From a virus (lineage: Duplodnaviria; Caudoviricetes): a DNA stretch of 64,000 nt. Shown in pieces: positions 60,964 through 64,000 of the stretch; positions within the stretch are counted from its first letter, which is position 1; each line of letters opens with the position of its first letter. The notes beneath the pieces were generated by a model. The model made no database searches, had not been told where the DNA came from, and saw nothing but the letters and a program-made list of their open reading frames with translations. Both the position numbers and the translations under genes were made by a program. The DNA lies in the IMG/VR virus record IMGVR_UViG_3300038443_001692, positions 1 to 64,000 of that record, one strand, 5' to 3'.

Positions 60964-62009
60964 ACGCCCTCCTGTTGCAAGTTGGCCGGCAGCCGTTGGT
61001 ACTCAGCTTCCAGCCACATACGGATCGACTCCAGTTTCGCCTGCGACAGCGAGAACGGGAACTGCGCGCTGGACCAGATCCGCTGCCTGAACTTCGAGAC
61101 ACTGATCACCTCGGGCACCAGCAGGTTTTGCCAAATCTGCAGCTTGCTCCGGTCCGAGATTGCCAGGTCGTCGACGATCCCCAGGCAATCACGCAGCACC
61201 TGCTCGTTGCGCCGTAACTGCGACATGTCCATCGCCGTCAGGCGCATCTGCGTCACCAGTTCCGGGCAGTGTGAACCCAGGGTCAGGAGGCGCAGCGCCT
61301 GCAGGGCGTAGTCCAAGCCCTGGAACTCAGGGAAGCGCTTGCGGTGCACGTTCACCACGGAGCGCACCAGCGCAAGCTGGTCGAAGCGCAGCGTGCAGTC
61401 TGCCTCGCCACGGCTCATCTCCAGCATGTCCTGCACCATGCCAGCCACGCTCTCGCCCCAAGGCGAATCGCATGCCGGTCGACCGTTGCGCACGCCGATA
61501 ATCGTCCGGTCTGGCAGCACCGCGTAGTAGTTGTCGTCATCGCTGACGACGTCCAGCACCGGCAGCGACTGCGCGGCAGCATGCGCGACCTCGATCGAAA
61601 ACATGGCGCCGGCGCTGGCTTCCAGGTGGCTGGGAAAGCCGATCGGCGTCGAGAACAGGAACGCACGCTGACCGACCTTGAGGCGCGGCATGCCCCAGGC
61701 GCAGTTGGCGTAGGCGCCGCGCCGCATGGCCGACGAAGGGCGATGCCACAAGTCGTCCAGCGTCTTCGACCAGAACCGGTGCAGCTGCGTCTCGTCCAGC
61801 GCCATTGGCACGTTCAGGTAGTCCTGCAGCGGGACACCACCCAGGGTGGCCTGGCATCTTAGTGGCGGGGCGACCCACGGCAGGTCTGGGATTTCGATTC
61901 GGCCTGGGTTGCGCTCCTCTTCCGAGAGCGCAGACGCGGCAAAAGCGGCCGAAACCGCTTTTGCCAGAGACCGGATCTGCGCCGCGGCGCTGATCAGGTG
62001 GGCCGCCAT
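60939..62009 (-). CDS. unknown protein (356 aa)
   Basis: long ORF filling the gap between MazG and DUF7220 genes; no motif recognised. Confidence 0.65.
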   Translation of the reverse strand: MAAHLISAAAQIRSLAKAVSAAFAASALSEEERNPGRIEIPDLPWVAPPLRCQATLGGVPLQDYLNVPMALDETQLHRFWSKTLDDLWHRPSSAMRRGAYANCAWGMPRLKVGQRAFLFSTPIGFPSHLEASAGAMFSIEVAHAAAQSLPVLDVVSDDDNYYAVLPDRTIIGVRNGRPACDSPWGESVAGMVQDMLEMSRGEADCTLRFDQLALVRSVVNVHRKRFPEFQGLDYALQALRLLTLGSHCPELVTQMRLTAMDMSQLRRNEQVLRDCLGIVDDLAISDRSKLQIWQNLLVPEVISVSKFRQRIWSSAQFPFSLSQAKLESIRMWLEAEYQRLPANLQQEGVCKATVIP

Positions 62010-62010
62010 G

Positions 62011-62619
62011 TCAGCTGTTCCGCGCGTCTTCGCCACCCTTGTCGGCGCGCGCCTCGGCGGCCACGTCGCTGTACTTGTCCGGGTAGCGGGCTTGCAGCTT
62101 GGCGATGTTGTCGGCTGCGATCGTAAGCAGATTCAGGCCTGCTGCGTTACACAGATCGATCAGGTCGATCATGATTGCCTGCGCCGCCGGCACGATCGTA
62201 CCGCGCAGGTCCTGCGCCGTGTAAAGCATGCCGGTGGCCGGGTCGAGCAACTCGACCGCGCCGCAGATCAGGCCGGTCTGGGTGGCCAGGCCGCGCGCGA
62301 TAGCGCAGAGCGAATACGAACGAGAGCGCACGACATCAGCCATGCGAGCGAAGATGCCGGCATTGTAGACGTTGTCGATGATGGCGATGTACCACAGCAC
62401 GTCGCCGATCTCCTCGGCGATGTTCTGGCGCAGCGTGGTCTTGCCGTCCTTGTTCATGCTGTCGAGCGTCATGCCGTAGATGGCGATACGCTTGATCGGT
62501 GTGGCGATCTCGCCGGTCTCGGTCTGGATACCGAGCGCGGCGTGCTCGAGGCGCAGGAAGTCGGTCGACAATTCTTTTTCGGTGCGGGCGGCGAGGGCGG
62601 GGTATTGGGCAAGGTTCAC
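62011..62619 (-). CDS. mazG: MazG-like nucleotide pyrophosphohydrolase
   Basis: LG...E.GE...K, EEIGDVLWY and NI.KL..RYP. Confidence 0.88.
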   Translation of the reverse strand: MNLAQYPALAARTEKELSTDFLRLEHAALGIQTETGEIATPIKRIAIYGMTLDSMNKDGKTTLRQNIAEEIGDVLWYIAIIDNVYNAGIFARMADVVRSRSYSLCAIARGLATQTGLICGAVELLDPATGMLYTAQDLRGTIVPAAQAIMIDLIDLCNAAGLNLLTIAADNIAKLQARYPDKYSDVAAEARADKGGEDARNS

Positions 62620-62632
62620 GGTGATTCCTTTC

Positions 62633-63346
62633 TTATTTCATCGTTTTGAGGACTTTGTCGATCGAGCTTTTCAGATTCGCTTCGACCTCAGGCTGCTTCT
62701 TGAACCACTGCAGATAGTCCTTGGGCGTTTCCATCAGCAGCATGCCGCGGTACTTGCCGAACGGCCAGCGGTGGATCGTCGTCTCCTGTGTGGCGTGGAA
62801 ATCGCGCAAGGTGCGGCGGCCGGCGCGCGCCATCACTTCCTTGAGCAGGCGGTGCGTCGTGGCCACGTCGGCCATCGCACGGTGCGCCTCGTTCTTCGGA
62901 AAGCCGAAATGCTCGCGCAAGGTGGTCAGCTTGTGGTTGGCCGCTTCCGGGATCAGGCGGCGCGCGTGGAACATCGTGCATACCGACGAGACGATGTTGC
63001 CGATCATGTGCAGGCGCTTGACGTCGAACGGCGCGTTGTGGGCGATCAGGACGATGTCACGCCCGTCGAAGGCGCCGTCCAGGTAGCCGGGCGTCTCGAT
63101 GAACTCCTGCATCGTCGGCGCGGTAGCGACCATCTCTTCCGTGATGCCGTGCACTTCCATCGCACCGGCCTCGATCGGGCATTGCGGATCGATCAGCGAC
63201 TGGATCTCACGGATCGTCTCCAGCGTGTCGGGATCGATCTCGCGGAAGGCGACTTCGCAGGCCGGGCCGGTCAGGCCGGTGGTTTCGGTATCGGCGATGA
63301 CCCACGCGATCTCGCGGACTTGTTCTTGTGGTTGTTGCATGTCCAA
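62633..63346 (-). CDS. DEDDh 3'-5' exonuclease (DnaQ/ExoX-like)
   Basis: DTETTG, AHNAPFD, HRA..DV; C-terminal PFGKYRG. Confidence 0.92.
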   Translation of the reverse strand: MDMQQPQEQVREIAWVIADTETTGLTGPACEVAFREIDPDTLETIREIQSLIDPQCPIEAGAMEVHGITEEMVATAPTMQEFIETPGYLDGAFDGRDIVLIAHNAPFDVKRLHMIGNIVSSVCTMFHARRLIPEAANHKLTTLREHFGFPKNEAHRAMADVATTHRLLKEVMARAGRRTLRDFHATQETTIHRWPFGKYRGMLLMETPKDYLQWFKKQPEVEANLKSSIDKVLKTMK

Positions 63347-63362
63347 GATGTTTCTCCTGTAG

Positions 63363-63390
63363 AAAAGGGACCGCCGAAGCGGTCCCTTTT
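63363..63390. terminator. intrinsic (bidirectional) terminator
   Basis: AAAAGGGACCGC-CGAA-GCGGTCCCTTTT; UUCG loop on the minus strand. Confidence 0.9.
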
Positions 63391-63409
63391 GGGTGGTGGT
63401 GGCTGACGA

Positions 63410-64000
63410 TTACGCGGCGGCTTCCGGCCAGCGGCTGAAGTTCGCCACAGTCCAGTCCTTGCCATTCTTCGACTGCGGTGCGCACTCGATCTTCAGCAGT
63501 TGAGCCCCATCCGGCGAGATGAAGCCCTTGCCGATCTTGAATGCCTGATCGAGCGTGTAGCGATCGAACGAAGCCTTCGAGGTCGGCGCCAGGCTGATCT
63601 GCACCAGCGAGTCCTGCAGCTCCGGCAGAACCTTGCGGCCCTTATCGCCGATGTCGAACAGCGCGCCGGCAACCACCGTACGCTTCGACATCTTGGCTTC
63701 ATCGAAGCCGGCCTTCTTCAGCTTGGCCAGGTAGTCGTTGCAGTCTTCACCCTGCGTAGTCGTGTGGCCGTCGTCGGAGTAACGGACGTGTTCCTTGCCC
63801 TCGTCACCGTCGACGCCCGGGGAGATCACCCATTGATCCTGGTAGGACAGCAGTTCCATGCCGAGGGTATCGCCGATGACCTTGCCGGTCATCTGGTCGA
63901 CGAAGTTGCCGTTGGTGACCTTCAGGCCGCGCAGCGTGTCGAACTGTACCGGGAACGCGTTCTTCAGCAGCTCCAGCGGATTGACCATCGGCTTGCGTGC
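63410..64000 (-). CDS. probable single-stranded DNA-binding protein, 5' end outside the window
   Basis: frame is open to the window edge; followed by a strong terminator; function inferred from context. Confidence 0.5.
   Translation of the reverse strand, partial: ARKPMVNPLELLKNAFPVQFDTLRGLKVTNGNFVDQMTGKVIGDTLGMELLSYQDQWVISPGVDGDEGKEHVRYSDDGHTTTQGEDCNDYLAKLKKAGFDEAKMSKRTVVAGALFDIGDKGRKVLPELQDSLVQISLAPTSKASFDRYTLDQAFKIGKGFISPDGAQLLKIECAPQSKNGKDWTVANFSRWPEAAA

Noticed and set aside
1-64000. tRNA genes, integrase, reverse transcriptase/DGR, IS elements
   Set aside because: No cloverleaf with T-loop and CCA, no tyrosine or serine recombinase motifs, no YxDD RT, and no transposase recognised by eye; tRNAscan-SE and HMM scans would be needed to exclude them formally

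Overview
The window is a contiguous piece of a GC-rich tailed dsDNA phage genome (Caudoviricetes) with siphovirus-type tail genes. The host is probably a proteobacterium, plausibly a betaproteobacterium; this is inferred from GC content, sigma70-type promoters and DUF4214-like motifs. Layout: (1) 1-13.2 kb, about 40 small, mostly translationally coupled minus-strand early genes, including a four-member paralogue family and a TGCCG-rich repeat array. (2) 13.2-17.2 kb, a control or genome-end region: AT-rich spacer, nuclease-dead HNH-like gene, about 700 nt of highly structured non-coding sequence, an unknown 247-aa gene, two tandem PdhR/LldR-like operators, a candidate cos site and phased A-tracts. 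(3) 17.2-49.1 kb, plus-strand packaging (GpA-type terminase), head, tail, receptor-binding and lysis genes, most modules with their own sigma70-like promoter. (4) 49.1-64 kb, minus-strand replication, recombination and nucleotide-metabolism genes: SbcCD, HNH-AP2 endonuclease, resolvase, ThyA, ligase, PolA, DksA/TraR, dNMP kinase, MazG, exonuclease. No integrase, primase/helicase, tRNA or CRISPR array is visible, so the genome continues outside the window. The best novelty candidates are the large structured RNA locus with its flanking genes and operators (15.0-16.9 kb) and a compact pseudoknotted RNA in front of the HNH-AP2 gene (53.37-53.50 kb). All family assignments come from motif recognition by eye; no database search or folding computation was run.
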